Translations under genes and position numbers: made by a program
The notes under the pieces: generated by a model
Databases searched by the model: none
What the model was told of the DNA's origin: nothing
The model's input: the letters and a program-made list of their open reading frames with translations, nothing else
Source: Eledone cirrhosa
Lineage: Eukaryota
Direction: 5' to 3'
Assembly (NCBI GenBank): GCA_964016885.1
Contig: OZ024743.1
Span: 370,016,001 to 370,080,000 of the forward strand
Length of the DNA: 64,000 nucleotides
Shown here: positions 43,766 through 57,899 of the stretch, in pieces
Layout of the letters: every line of letters starts with the position of its first letter
Position numbering within the stretch: the stretch's first letter is position 1

Positions 43766-43890
43766 TATTTATATTATATATATATATATATATATATTTT
43801 ATTTTATATATATATATATATTATATTTTATATATTATATATATATATTTTATATATTATATATATTATATTTTTTATATTATATATATA

Positions 43891-43922
<32 letters not shown>

Positions 43923-43999
43923 TATATTTTATATATATACTTTTTATATATATTTTATATATATATATATATTATATATATATATATATTATATATATA

Positions 44000-44031
<32 letters not shown>

Positions 44032-44139
44032 ACATATATATATGTCTGTCTGTCTTTTAAATTTGTTAATTATTTTCAACTGAACCAGATCAATTATGAT
44101 ATATAGTCATCTGATTCAGAACATATATATATATATAAT

Positions 44140-44231
<92 letters not shown>

Positions 44232-44235
<4 letters not shown>

Positions 44236-45390
44236 GAAACTCCATTTTATGTCCCAAATGCAAAGTATGGGTGCATAAAAGATGTAGTGCGATCACAGGT
44301 AAGGTAACTAAGAACATAGATTTTATATGTGGCCGGTGCTCTGGTGCAATAAGTAGCAGCAAGTGCCCACAAAATAATAGCTCTTTCAATTGCGAGGGTT
44401 CTATAGAAATAGTGGACACCTTCCGTTACCTTCCGTTACTTGGGTGACAAAATCAGCAGTGGTGGAGTGTGCTCGGAAAGTACAGAAGCTAGAGTCAGAA
44501 CTGGATGGATAAAGTTCAGAGAGCTTATACCATTATTAGCCGCTAAAGGGTTCTCTCTAAAAATGAAAGGCAGGCTGTATGATGCCTGCATACGAACACC
44601 AATGTTACATGGCAGTGAGACCTGGGCATTGTGTGCAGAGGATATACGCAGACTGGAGAGGAACGAAGCTTGCATGCTCTGCTGGATGTGTAATAGTAAT
44701 ATACGTGAACGGCAAAGCATAAACGAACAAAGGGAAAAATTAGAAATAAGAGGGTTCAGATGTTGTTTACTCGAGAGAAGACTACGTTGGTATGGTCACG
44801 TGACGCGCATGAAAGACGACAGCTGTATAAAAAAAGTGCAGGGCAATAAAAATAGACGGTAGCCACGGAGTAGGCAGACCCATAAAAACCTGGGACGACT
44901 TGATAAATTCCGACCTCACACACTTACACTCTCCAAGACAATGTCACTGGACCGAGATCTTTGGCGCTACACAGTAATAGAGAAGACCCGTCTTACCTAA
45001 GTACAAAGTGAAATCTACTACAGTCAGTAGGCACCTCTAATAAAATACACCCCCGTCCCACTACCCCCACCCCATCCACACCACCCCTTTCAATGAAAAG
45101 TTATGTTGGTACCACAACATCCAGTCCGAAACAAATGAGGTCGTGTAGGTGTCACGACAAAAAAACAGTCCACGCTGTAATGTGGCCGTGTAGGTAACAC
45201 AGTAAAAACCTCCCAGTCCACACTGCAAACGTGGTTGGTGTTAGGAAGGGCATCCAGCCGTAGAAAATCCGCCAGACAGTCCTATGCGAGCAAGACAACC
45301 ACTCTTGCCTCAAGTGGGAAAACTGCCGTCCAAACCCATGCAAGCATGGAAGATGGACGTTAAACGATGATGATGATGATGATGATGATG
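44232..45390 (+). mobile_element. RTE LINE 3' fragment with (GAT)n tail
   Basis: WVHKRCS, KGRLYDACIR..HGSETW, RRLRWYGHV. Ends ggacgttaaac(gat)n. Confidence 0.85.
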
Positions 45391-46010
45391 TCATCATCAT
45401 TTTACGTCCGCTTTTCGCTGCTTGCAAGAGTGGGACCGGAACTGATTCTGGCTTGATTTCTACAGCTGGATGCCCTTCCTAACACCAACCTCATTTACAG
45501 TGAGTGCTGGGTGCTTTTTATTTTTGCCGTGGCACCTACACGACCACTTTGCAGTGGAATGCTAGGGACACCAGTCCCTATCATCTCATTTCTACAGCTG
45601 AGTAAACTGGAGCAATGTGAAATAAAGTGTCTTACTCAAGGAAAAAATATATATATATTAGGAGGCACATGGCTTAGTGGTTAGAGCATTGGCCTTGCAA
45701 TCGAAAGGTTGTGAGTTCAATTCTCAGACCGGGTGATGTGTTGTTTCCTTGAGTAAGACACTTTATTTTACATTGCTTCAGTTTACTCAGCTGTAGAAAT
45801 GAGATGATAGGGACTGGGGTCCCTATCATTCCACTGCAAATTGGTCGTGCAGGTGCCACGGCAAAAAGGCACCCAGCACTCACTGTAAATGAGGTTGATG
45901 TTAGGAAGGGCATCCAGCTGTAGAAATCAAGCCAAAATCAGTTCCCGTCCCACCCTTGCAAGCAGGGAAAAAGCAGACGTAAAATGAAATGATGATGATG
46001 ATGAAATGAT
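45391..46010. mobile_element. Inverted pair of RTE-tailed tRNA SINEs (minus 45391-45642; plus 45661-46010)
   Basis: tggcttagtgg A box, gagttcaattct B box, ccttgagtaagacac domain, (gat)n tail. Confidence 0.8.
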
Positions 46011-46066
46011 GATATATAATATATATATATATATATAATATCATCTACATATATATATATAATATC

Positions 46067-46123
<57 letters not shown>

Positions 46124-46132
46124 ATATATATG

Positions 46133-46167
<35 letters not shown>

Positions 46168-46182
46168 TATATAATATATATA

Positions 46183-46420
46183 GTTATGTAATAAACAACA
46201 TAAGGCAATTATTTCATTTACCAGTGGTTTCTTAAAAGCAAAAAAATTTTGCTTTCAATCATCAGAATGAAACACTCATTGTGTATTTATTGGCGTTGCT
46301 TTTAAGAAACCACTGGTCAATGAAATAATTGCCTTATGTTGTTTATTACATAACTATTACGCTCTGTTACCTACATAGAGCACTCTTTTTTCCTGGACTT
46401 TTCCAACGGAATTACTTCAT
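46183..46420. mobile_element. Tiny inverted solo pseudo-LTR of the 43479 family
   Basis: Minus hammerhead 46212-46272, plus half-hammerhead and tail. Confidence 0.8.
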
Positions 46421-46484
46421 ATATATAATATATATATATATATAATATATATATATATATATTATATATATATATATAATATAT

Positions 46485-46540
<56 letters not shown>

Positions 46541-47339
46541 TATATATATTTATATATATATAATATATATATATATAATATATATATATTTATAAATATA
46601 TAATATATATATATATTTATTTAATATATATATATATATATATATTTAATATATATAATATATATATATATATAATATATATATATATAATATATATATA
46701 TAATTTATATATATATAATATATATATATATAATATATATTTATATATATATATATAATATATATATATATAATATATATATATATATAATATATATATA
46801 TATATTGTTATACTTTGGGAGGGTCATGTTGCCAATAAGAAACACACGCACCAGTTGCTTTCACTTCAATTTATTATATATTTATAAATTTATAAATTTA
46901 CAAATTTACAAACTTATAAATTTCTGGTTGGTTGGTTGGTTCCACAACCAGATAGTTGTTTATATATATAGTCATAGTCCTTTCGTCACACACTCTGTGA
47001 CCTCTTCAGTGACTGGGGATTCCTTTTTTTGTTTCTGTGCCTTTCCTTTCTTCTATCCTACGCCATTTTGTTTCTGTGTGTGTGTTGTGTGTTCAGTTTG
47101 CGCATGCGCCACATCCGGGTGTCTGTGTGTGTTTGTGTTCATTTATCTATTTGTTTATTTATTTATTTATTTATTGTTGGTTGGTTGTTTGTTCTATGTG
47201 TGTGTGTGTGTTTTCATTTTGTCCTGTGTATGTTTTCATTTTGTCCTTAATTGTAAGTTGTTTGTTCTATGTGTGTGTGTGTTTTCATTTTGTCCTTAAT
47301 TGTAAGTTGTGATGTTGCTGTTCCACTCATATTTTCTAT

Positions 47340-48470
47340 TACGTAGATGATATAAACATCGTAGTTAAGACACCCCCACTAAAGAACAGTCAGGAACTAG
47401 AGAAAAACACAATGGAAAGCATCCAGCAAATAGCAAACTCCATCGACCAGAGCATTAGAGTTACTATAGACTACCCAAGTAGACACCCCAACCATCGATT
47501 ACCTGTACTAGACACAGAGCTCTGGTTAGATACCATTAACAACCAAAAACAAATCCTCAATTCCCATTATGCCAAACCCATGACTTCCAAACATCTGATC
47601 CACCGAAACTCGGCCATTTCGGACCATACCAAAATCAACATACTGATTGCGGATTTGGTACGGGTGATGAGAAATGTGTCCCGCATGTGCAACCCCGAAG
47701 AACTAGAGAGACACATACAACACTTCATCCACCGTATGCAGTTCTCTGGCTACAATCAGAGAGATAGAATCAGAGTGTATAAAGGAGCCAGAACCAAATG
47801 GGAAAAAATGGTAAATAATGACATAAATGGGACCTGCCCCTTGTATAGGAGCAAATTTTGGAATAGAATAGAAAGAACTAGGAACAAGGCCAATAGAATA
47901 AACTCATGGTATGATAGCAATAAATACCAGAGTGTAATGTTCATCAATACAACCCCTAGAGGCGAACTAGCCTACAAATTTAGAAGGGCCCTAAATAAAC
48001 ATAATCTCAATATTAAGATAGTAGAAAGACCAGGTACCTCCGTAAAAACACTTATTAGCAAGACATACCCGTTCCAAAGACCCTCATGTATAGATAAGAA
48101 ATGTATAACCTGTAAAATAAGCCCCCATATTAACTGTAAAACTAGAAATGTAGTGTATAGCATAAGATGTACTGAAGGACAATGTAGAAACAAAAATATA
48201 GTGTACATAGGTGAGACACCTCGTAGTATAGGAGAAGGAATAAATGAACACTGGCGAGACCTCCAAGATAATAAAGAATCATCTGTGCTCTACCAACATG
48301 CTAAGATAGAACACAGGGGTAGATTAGAGAACATAGAAATAAAAATAGAATCCACACACAGAAAAGACGCAATGTTTAGGCAAATTACAGAGGCAGTAAA
48401 CATAAAAGAATTAAAACCAAAATTAAATAGAAAATATGAGTGGAACAGCAACATCGCAACTTACAATTAA
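47340..48470 (+). CDS. PLE RT C-terminus + GIY-YIG endonuclease (open frame, 5'-truncated)
   Basis: YVDDINI, LPVLD, YAKPM, RMQFSGY, CIDKKCITC, NVVYSIRC...VYIGET..EH. Confidence 0.88.
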   Translation, partial: YVDDINIVVKTPPLKNSQELEKNTMESIQQIANSIDQSIRVTIDYPSRHPNHRLPVLDTELWLDTINNQKQILNSHYAKPMTSKHLIHRNSAISDHTKINILIADLVRVMRNVSRMCNPEELERHIQHFIHRMQFSGYNQRDRIRVYKGARTKWEKMVNNDINGTCPLYRSKFWNRIERTRNKANRINSWYDSNKYQSVMFINTTPRGELAYKFRRALNKHNLNIKIVERPGTSVKTLISKTYPFQRPSCIDKKCITCKISPHINCKTRNVVYSIRCTEGQCRNKNIVYIGETPRSIGEGINEHWRDLQDNKESSVLYQHAKIEHRGRLENIEIKIESTHRKDAMFRQITEAVNIKELKPKLNRKYEWNSNIATYN

Positions 48471-48682
48471 GGACAAAATGAAAACACACACACACATAGA
48501 ACAAACAACCAACCAACAATAAATAAATAAATAAATAAATAAACAAATAGATAAATGAACACAAACACACACAGACACCCGGATGTGGCGCATGCGTAAA
48601 CTGAACACACAACACACACACAGAAATAAAATGGCGTAGGATAGAAGAAAGGAAAGGCACAGAAACAAAGAAAGAAATCCCC

Positions 48683-48727
48683 AGTCACTGAAGAGGTCAC
48701 AGAGTGTGTGACGAAAGGACTATGACT
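48683..48727 (+). ncRNA. Minimal hammerhead ribozyme; inverted copy 46970-47014 (-)
   Basis: agtca-CTGAAGA-g-gtcac..gtgac-GAAA-gga-CTA|tgact. Confidence 0.8.
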
Positions 48728-49021
48728 ATATATATAAACAACTATCTGGTTGTGGAACCAACCAACCCACCAGAAATTTATAAGTTTGTAAATTTGTAAA
48801 TTTATAAATTTATAAATATATAATAAATTGAAGTGAAAGCAACTGGTGCGTGTGTTTCTTATTGGCAACATGACCCTCCCAAAGTATAACAATATCGGTT
48901 TCAACACACGATTTCAGATAAAAAATCTTGCTAAACAAATTCAGAAACGAAATATATATATATATATATAAATATATAATATATATATATATATATATAT
49001 AATATATATATATATATAATA

Positions 49022-49650
49022 TTCAGCAGTGGTGGAGGGTGCTCTGAAAGTACAGTAGCTAGAGTCAGAACGGGATGGAAAAAGTTCAGAGAGCTTATAC
49101 CGCTATTGGCCGCTAAAGGGTTCTCTCTAAAAATGAAAGGCAGGTTGTATGATGCTTGCATAAGAACGGCAATGTTACATGGCAATGAGACTTGGGCATT
49201 GTGTGCAGAGGATATACGCAGACTGGAGAAGAACGAAGCTTGCATGCTCCGTTGGATGTGTAATAGTAATATACGTGAACGGCAAAGCATAAATGAACTA
49301 AGGGAGAAATTAGGAATAAGAGGAATCAGATGTTGTTTACTCGAGAGAAGACTACGTTGGTATGGTCACGTGATGCGCATGAAAGACGACAGCTGTATAA
49401 AAACGTGCAGGGCGATAAAAATACACGGAGTAGGCAGACCCAGAAAAACCTGGGACGACTTGATAAATTCCGACCTCACACACTTACACCTCTCCAAGAT
49501 AATCTTACTGGACCGAGATCTTTGGGGCTACACAGTAATACAGAAGACCCGCCTTGCCTAAGTACAAAGCGAAACCTACAGTCAGTAGGCATTCCCGTTT
49601 AAACCCATGCAAGCGTGGAAGATGGACGTTAAACGATGATGATGATGATG

Positions 49651-49651
<1 letters not shown>
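49022..49651 (+). mobile_element. RTE LINE 3' fragment
   Basis: ORF 49106-49561 with RRLRWYGHVMR and GRPRKTW. (GAT)n tail. Confidence 0.85.
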
Positions 49652-49708
<57 letters not shown>

Positions 49709-49988
49709 ATATATGAGTGTGTGTGTGTATGTGTAAAATGTAAACAGAAGCAACAAATGCTTTATTTGTTCATAACTTATACTATATTCTGTTTCCCTCT
49801 TTAAGTGTCCTCACCCTATTTTATAAGCTATTTTATACCATCTCTGTGCATAAACACACCACTACTTTAAATTAATTTTATCCCCTCAGCGCTTTGTAAA
49901 AGAGATCGGTTATGTATATGTTTATATATATATATGTGTCAGTGTGTGTGTGTACCTAATTATATCTACATAATATCTATAACACCAG

Positions 49989-50074
49989 ACCAGATGAGAA
50001 AGCAACTAACCATAAAAGACAGCGACGTTCAAGAATCCAGAAGATATCACTTCTTAGTTTCAATGAACACATTG
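49989..50074 (+). CDS. Host gene exon, cyclic-nucleotide-binding-domain protein
   Basis: cAG..G|GTAAGA. Encodes ...RIQKISLLSFNEHIG, phase-compatible with the exon at 52179. Confidence 0.55.
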
Positions 50075-50302
50075 GTAAGATGTTAAATATTGTTATGTTT
50101 TTAGTTATGTATGAAAATAGACCATGGCTACTTTACTTGGGGTTGACGTTTGGAATAGCATGTCATTTTGATTCTGATAGGCGATATATAAATACCTCAG
50201 ATGTTGTGCGATTTATAAATGTTACACTGTAGGAAATATAACACAAAGCCTGCATAAGTTTATTTCAATAAAATGCATGTGAGTAAACGCAATTATATAT
50301 AT

Positions 50303-50715
50303 AATTGTTTCTACTTTAGGCACAAGGCCAGCAATTACCCAGTGCATTACTGGTACTTTATTTTATCGACCCCGTAAGGATGAAAGGCAAAGTCAACCTC
50401 GGCGGAATTTGAACTCAGATCGTAAAGGGTCGTAACTATGCTGGAAAGCATGGCGTCCGACCCTCTACCGATACTGCCAATCCACCGCCCTGTGGTGTAT
50501 ATAATTACCTGGATATATATATATATAATTGTTTCTACTTTAGGCACAAGGCCAGCAATTATCCAGTGCATTACTGGTACTTTATTTTATCGACCCCGTA
50601 AGGATGAAAGGCAAAGTCAACCTCGGCTGGATTTGAACTCAGATCATAAAGGGACGTAACTATGCTGGAAAGCATGGCGTCAAACCCTCTACCGATACTG
50701 CCAATCCACCGCCCT
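50303..50715 (-). mobile_element. Two tandem tRNA-derived SINEs with Meta/MESC-like core
   Basis: gcctttcatccttacggggtcgataaaataaagtacca core and B box gagttcaaattcc. Confidence 0.8.
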
Positions 50716-52178
50716 ATATATATATATAATAAGAGAGAAATAGATGAGAAATAGATGAGAAAAAACACGTCACACCAAGGGGTATTGGAGTTTCCCTCTA
50801 ATATTTCCTACAGATACATACATACACATATATATGTACACAGATAGAAATAAGAGGTAGATATAAAGAGAGGGAGATAGAGTAAAAGATGTAAAGAGAG
50901 GGGGAGAAGGACGAGTTAGATAGTGTAAAAGATTTAAAGAGAGGGTGAGAGTGTGACACACATTTATCTGTCTATCTCTCTCTATTTTAACACCGGTCGT
51001 TATAATTAGTTTTATAACACCGCTATATTACCGACATGAAAGAGGTAAATAATTATTTCTTAAATATTTCCTTTAGGCAAGCTAACATCATCGCAGCATT
51101 GCCGTGGGTGATAGTGAGGCTAAGATGCTGGAATAACCAAGCAATTTTGCAGGCATTGACTATTCTAGGACACCACTATTTATTCAGTTGCAGTGTTTTT
51201 TTGATACCTAGTAAATAAAGTAGTTTGATGCCATTATCTCCACTTGCCTTTTCTGCTATAACATCGATGGAGGATCTTACAGAGTTGATTGTTTAAGTGT
51301 TGTTTGAGTGTGTAGATGACTTCACACAAATCTTTTGTGTTTTGAGAGCAGATATATTGAAGACTTGCACTCTTTGAAATCCTGACTACACAATCCTAAC
51401 TAAGAAAGGAGAGAGACGGAAAAAATAATTGTGAAATATGACTGAGTATATAAGAAGTTTAACTGTTGCGTTACTTGAGAAAATTACATGGATTTTCTAT
51501 CTTGTTAAATTATACTACTACTTTATTAAATTCATCCACTTTTTGTGGTGACATGATTAAACCTTTCCATCTCATACTAATATCAAACGTAAACGTGAAA
51601 GACATCTCAAGACATTAAAGAGAGTCGTTGAGGAAGATACAAAACTATCCAGTAAAGAACTGAAACAATACTTGATTGCTAAATTTCATATAAGTTATAT
51701 ATTTCTATAAGCATTTTCTGAGTTATTGTTCAGCCATATTAAGACTGTTTACGCATCTTCAGTTGTTATAAAGAAATCTACTACTTATATTGAGATAACT
51801 TGGATCTTTCACAAATACATACTACTTTAAATGTAAAGTTGACATCTTATAAAGAGAACTTATGGAGCAAGGTGGTCTGATATCCAGGTAATTATATACA
51901 CCAGGCTCTATGATGGTTGAGAGCTACATTAGATGATTTAATTCAGAAAACAAATGTTGTGAGTTTGATACAAACCTATATCAGTTTGCTTTTTAACCTC
52001 CCTAATTTTTAAAATAAGTATTTTCAAGATATCGGGCTCAGTTAAATTGATTATAAAGTCTTTTGAAAGAGAGAACTTCTTTAATTCTTAAAGCTTAGGT
52101 ACATCGTTTTTTAAAATAGTGTGGCATGTCTTTATTATTTTATTTTAAAATTCTTTCATTTTCCCTCCACTCCTACAG

Positions 52179-52636
52179 GTTCCCTTGAAATAGTATTAGA
52201 CATCAGTAAACATCTGGACACATCAACCGTAGCTGGTGAAGTAGAATTACTTGTGCTTGACCGTAAGCATTATGAACGGCTTCTTGTTAAAAGACATCCA
52301 CAGTCAGTTGAAAGTCTCAAGAAAGAACTGAGTACACGCCAGCTTCTCGTATTGAGCCGTGTATATCATTCAACAGAAACAACAATTATTAAATATGTGA
52401 CTATGAAATTGTTAAATGGTGATCTGTCCTCCAAGCTTACACAACATCAACACCACCACCAACAACATAGCGATTCCGGGGGCAACAAATACACCGAAAG
52501 TGAAATTTCTCGAAAAGTCAGGAAACGACTACATATGAATGTTAAAAACTTGACGTTAAATATCCCAGGAGAAAATTCAAAGAAAATCTTTCTCACCCAA
52601 TTAGAATATGAGCTTCAATTACTGATGGCTCATTAG
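52179..52636 (+). CDS. Host gene terminal coding exon, C-terminal part of a cNMP-binding domain (CNBD-like)
   Basis: Polypyrimidine tract + cAG. GSLEIVLD..TSTVAGEVELLVLDRKHYERLL resembles the cNMP-domain T..A..ELL.L.R..Y.RL segment. AATAAA downstream. Confidence 0.6.
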
Positions 52637-52859
52637 AAAAAAATGGAGTTGGGGCTCATTTATCTTTTGAATTAAAAAAATAAATGAATTTGTGAAACTT
52701 CTTAATATACACAGAAAATCAAATTAAAGTAATTCCTTTTTTAATATACTTATCTGGTTTTTTTAATTCTCTTGATATTGTTGGAAGTTGGTTAAGAAGA
52801 GTTAAGATTATATTCACACATTAGGCAGTAGAAACTAAAAAAAAGAAAAAAACAATAAA

Positions 52860-55290
52860 TAAACAATAGTAGCAGTTGGGTTGATTACAATTTAGTACAG
52901 TACCTCCTCACGGACAACTAATGCTGCACATCAGGTCAGAACACAGAAGAGCCGATCTCCCACTGTCATTGCCTCCATCTCTCTCTATTATGAGCAAGTG
53001 GGGTCCTATGTGCTGGCTGCCCCATGGCCCCAATGGACAGAATGGCGAAGGCGTTTCCCCGGAGGATGGTAAAGAAGATGCGCTGGAAGAGCCATTCTAT
53101 TTCACGAGGTTCACACCTGCGGCTAGCCAGCTCAGTGCCTATGGTGGTAAGTAGGGAGGTAGCCCTAGGGCCAAGGACACCAGAAGTCGCCACTGCTAGG
53201 GGCTCAACTGCAAACATGTCAGAGAATGACCGATACTTAGAAAGTTTACCCTTCTCAGCCTGAAGTGCAGCAAAAACTGAGTTAGTCACAGATTACACCA
53301 GCCGCTGGAGAATATGTCGCTGCAAGTGGCATCCCAGAATGGGAAGATGGTCATACCGTCTGGCCTTTTGCCGCTCCCTCAGTCCAGCACCACCTACTTG
53401 AGCTGGAAAGGGAAGCCTGCCGCATCCAAGCCATGCTTTATGACCTTGTTGAGGGCAGCGTGGTGTGGAAGGCGGCCGGCATTGTAGCAACAGGAGAGTG
53501 GGTGGAGGCCGAAAGAGTCCACTGTGGATCCAGAGTGACATTTGTGTGGTCCGCAGATCCGGAGGCCAAACCTCAGAGAAACCCCGAATCGCAGGCTATC
53601 ATGGTCCAGCTGCGTACCAGTGGAGAAGGAGGATATGGCATGGAGTCAGGCACCGCTGTGGGGTTGTGAGGCCGTGCAAAAACATGCAAGCGGTGTCGGT
53701 TGAGGCTAGGTTGCACTGAATGCCATCCCAAATACTCTGGGAGGACTTGACATCAGCAAGGGGAGAAGGTGGAGGGACGTCTACTGGGCTAAGCCGTCTC
53801 GCAGGCAGCCTCAGGTTCCGCGATCACAGTGGGTTCCATTGTGTTTAGGAGAACCATGTCGATGATGATGCGGCATGAGGTTACTGACAAAAGAAATGCC
53901 GGCAAAGCCAGCGAGATTGGGGATCAGAGACCAAGGCCACCATCTCTAACAGGTAAGGTGGCCTTTTGCCATCCAATGTCGTCAAACTTGACGTTGCATA
54001 TCTCCTCAGCTGCCGCTCAGATACAAGTGTCGAGGTCAGCAAGGAGAGATGCGTGGCTGTGTCACTGAGTGCTACGAAGAGTATAGAGGAGCTTCGGCAT
54101 GGCGAAGCAGTTCCTCAACAGGAAGCGGGCTGGGTGGGTGTCAATCATGCCCAGTCGGCTCGTGAGGGTCTTGAGTTGCTGGAGCCTAGACCTGATGGTG
54201 GAGTGGATGGCCGGTGGGTGGATCAGTGACCCGACGATGAGGACATCCACTTTAGGGATCACCTGTATCTGGAGGAGAATAGACCACATGTCCGAGATGG
54301 AGGCTGCAAAGCTCTTAGGATCGTGGTTGACATTCACCACCTCCGACTTGAATGAGTTGACCTGGAGGCCGATTCGCACCAGAGCAAGAACCACCAATTG
54401 TAGGTCGTGGCAGACAGTCTCCACGGACCCACCCAACGTAGCATTATCCAGGTACCAAACGTTGAGAGGGGCCATGATACTCCGAGCAATGTAGTCTATA
54501 TCAAGAGCAAAGAGGAGGGGGACTAAAGGGTCACCCTGTTGAACCCTAGTGGCTGAAGGTATGATTGTGTCAGCAGTAATGAGCATGCTCAGGATTCTAT
54601 ATGACAGGTAGGCCAGCGGGTAGGCAGAGGGAGCTCGGCTGAGGTAGGCCTCAAGCAGTTGGCCACGGCGTAGGCAGTTAAAAGCATTCCTCATATCAAA
54701 CATAACAATGAGATGCCTGGAGACCCTGGATGTCGGTTCTGGCGGGGAGCTATTGAAGAACTGCCTGGTTGCATGTGCAGCCCCCTCACAGCCACTGGCG
54801 CCCGGCCTCGGTGGAAGGGGGGGATAACAACTACTTGAGGTGGCCAGGTCGGGGGGTCATCAGTACCTTTGCTGCTTCTGGCTAGGAAGGACTTGATGGC
54901 AGACATGATGTCTGCACCGGAAGCCACAAAGAGCAAGTGAGGATCAGATGGGGGTATGGATCTAAGGTCAGGAGGCGGCTTAGGGTGCTTGATCCGCAGG
55001 GCAGTCAGGACCTGCTTGGTTGGCTGGAGGACAGTGTCCTTCGAGGCAACCACTCTGACTGCAGCCGAGACATCACCCTCGATTAGTTTAGCATTTACAC
55101 AGCCGTGTAAACGCTTTGATCTGGCCTCAGGGGTGGAGGATTGAGACACCTGAGAGCAGAGGGTGTAGTGTCCCTCAGCACATTTGGGATGGGCGCTTGC
55201 CCAAAGGACGAAACATTGGCCTTGACAAAAGCTGCTGTCAACAGGCCCCTTGGTCAGCACCAGAGTTGGGGAAACTGAGAGTGAGTGGGG
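52860..55290 (-). mobile_element. Degenerate CRE-clade non-LTR retrotransposon (RT + restriction-like endonuclease)
   Basis: DMRNAFN, QQGDPLVPLLF, WYLDN, LLRNCFAMPKLLYTLR, LPVRDGGLG, PDG..WDAT, EPLAVATSGVLGP. Confidence 0.8.
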
Positions 55291-55414
55291 CAAAATAAAA
55301 AATGCGCTTCCAGTTACAAATACCTATTACTGAAACAGCTAAAAATGCACAGTGAACCATGTCACTATCACTGTTTATTAAACGTTTTAATAGGTCTTAT
55401 TCTTCATGATGCAA

Positions 55415-55800
55415 GGGTGATGGATTGGCAGTAAGATCGTTAGTGCGTTGGACAACATGTTACCTTTGCCTTTCATCCTTACAGGATCAATAAAATAAAG
55501 TACCAGTAACGCACTGGAGTCGATTTAATAGACTTCCCCTCCCTTAAATTTGTTGGCCTTATACTTAAATCAGAAACTATTATTCATGATGCGAGGGAAG
55601 TGGATTGACAGTAATCGGTAGAGCGTCAGACACGCTTTACAGCATATAGTTACCGCCTTTTATGTTCTGATTTCAAATCCTACCATGGTTAACCTTGCCT
55701 TTCATCCATAAAATAAAGTACCAGTAATGCACTGGTGTTAGTTTAATTGACACCCCCCCACCTAAATTGCTGGCGTTGTGCCAAATGTTGAAACAATTAT
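55415..55800 (+). mobile_element. Two old tandem SINEs (same family as 50303); further fragments at 60928-61035 (-) and 63258-63400 (+)
   Basis: gcctttcatcc...aaataaagtaccagtaa core. Confidence 0.7.
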
Positions 55801-55971
55801 TCGAGATGCAATAAATCTAAATATTTCCATGAGGTGCACATGTATAAAAAAAAATGTTCTTTCCATTTCAACTTTGCAGTAGATGAAGTGATGAGGTTAA
55901 AACATATAGCAAGTTGCCAGTGAACACTGAAGAAATAAAGATTTGTATTTTGATATTATCTTACATTTATT

Positions 55972-56012
<41 letters not shown>

Positions 56013-56024
56013 TATATATGTATA

Positions 56025-57140
56025 TATAAAGAAGGAAGTGTGGTAAGGAACCAGGTGGACCATAATGCACCAGAGTACTCGATACTTTGGGTAGTAGAGT
56101 GGATAATAGGAAAAAGTTCAGAAACCCGATGGCAGAGCTAACGCTGTTTCGACAGCTATTTCTGGACTAAATTAGATTTTTAGCCTGGTAATAAATAGCC
56201 AAACTTTTCAAGGGGTAATTCCATATATGGTCATGCGATGATCATGCATTTCTGAAGGTTGTAGTTGTCAAAAGGATTGGTCAAAATTTCTTGTAAACAC
56301 ATTTAAATCTTCCATGGTGGTGGGTAGGGGATTGGGGTGACTGAACTTGCCTGTAGAACAATGAGGGAGTGGGTGGAGCCAGTCAAGCTTTAAAAGTAAA
56401 TTCTATACAGCAAATTCTAAGGATGTGTGGTTGAATTAAGCTGGCTAGAAAGCAGGCGAAAATAGAATTCTACAGGAATCTGAAAATGGGAAATTATAAA
56501 ATTAAGAAATTAGGAAATAAAAAAAATTAAAATAAAAAAATTAAAACATTTAAAAAAACAACTAGGGTCTAAAACAGCTGCTATACTTTTAGCTGGTAAT
56601 GTGTTTTCGGCTGATGCTATATAGAATTTACGGGGGGGGGGGGGTACTGAGACTACAAAGGCCCGATGGGCTGCCTCAGGGTAAGCGAAAGGGGGAAAAG
56701 GAAGAGGAGAGGGAGTGGAAGGAAGTGATAAGAAGAGATAAAGGGAAAAAAGAAAAGTATTACCTCTACCTATCTTGTTCGGCAAGTGGGGAAAAGCAGG
56801 ATGTTACAGCCATTGTCTACCCACCTAGGTCATGAGGAGGTTTGAGGGGAAGGTAAGTCTTACGCAATCGGTATTTACATGCGGTTACAAGTTCATCTTT
56901 TTTGTTTAGGAGTTGGTCCTTCGTAAACAGCATTTGTATTTTTTCTTCCGAGCATAAGTTACACGGACGGCATCCTCCCGTGTAGGAGTTAGCCCTGGAA
57001 AGTAAGCTCCAAGAAGATGGTATGTGATGTTATTATCTTGGAGGTCCCAGATGTGGCCCGACAGTATAGTGGCATTTAGCCGGGCCGGGTTTCTGAACGT
57101 ATGTCGGTGTTGGTAGAGCCGGGTCTTCTCATAGAACATT
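56025..57140 (-). mobile_element. Hydra-type PLE 3' remnant with rearranged inverted pieces extending to ~57750
   Basis: KTRLYQHRHTF..LSGHIWDLQD, CNLC, LLNKKDEL. Tail hairpin 56077-56100. Confidence 0.75.
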
Positions 57141-57521
57141 TCTGAAGTCTTAGAGAAAGAATAAAAAAGTTTGTTAAACAATTCCCTAGGGAATTAATAG
57201 AAATCAAAATATATGATGCTGCTGACAGCCAGAACCAAAGCCTATATGCATACATACATAGACACACACATGCATATATATATATATGTATGTATATATA
57301 TATATATATAGGTACACACACTCTCTTACTCTCTTGCACAAACAAGAAGCCTGTCTCCTGTTCGTTTTTGCAGGCGACTTTGGCTAGCCTGGGAGAGAGC
57401 CTATCATCTATTAGCTCCGACATAACAAGCAATAAAACAAGAAGCATTCCTAGTATCTTCACACACACACACACCCAAATGCACACACACACATTCACAT
57501 ATATATATGTATGCATGCATA

Positions 57522-57584
<63 letters not shown>

Positions 57585-57899
57585 TGTGTGTGTCTATGTA
57601 TGTATGCATATAGGCATTGGTTCTGGCTGTCAGCAGCATCATATATTTTGATTTCTATTTGAGACCTCCAAGATAATAACATCACATATCATCTTCTTGG
57701 AGCTTACTTTCCCAGGCTAACTCCTACAAGGGAGGACGCCGCCCGTGTAAGTAAAGAGAGGGCAAAAGGTTGAGGAAGGTGTTGCCTACAAGGTGTAAGC
57801 CTCAGCCTGATAATAATAGAGGGCAGGTCTCTGTAAAAGTTCATTGCGCCAGAGGCCGCAGTCCTGTGACATTGCCTTTGAGACGTGTAATTGTGCAAG

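Larger units (their letters stand above)
46805..48950 (+). mobile_element. Neptune/Nematis-type PLE with inverted 5' pseudo-LTR (46805-47340)
   Basis: 46805-47340 is the reverse complement of ~48425-48895. Confidence 0.9.

Noticed and set aside
45661-45730. tRNA gene
   Set aside because: It is the head of a SINE that continues into the core domain and RTE tail
56135-56215. Hammerhead-like fold on the minus strand
   Set aside because: GAAAC and stem II are present, but the first core segment is degenerate (TTGAAAA) and stem I does not pair
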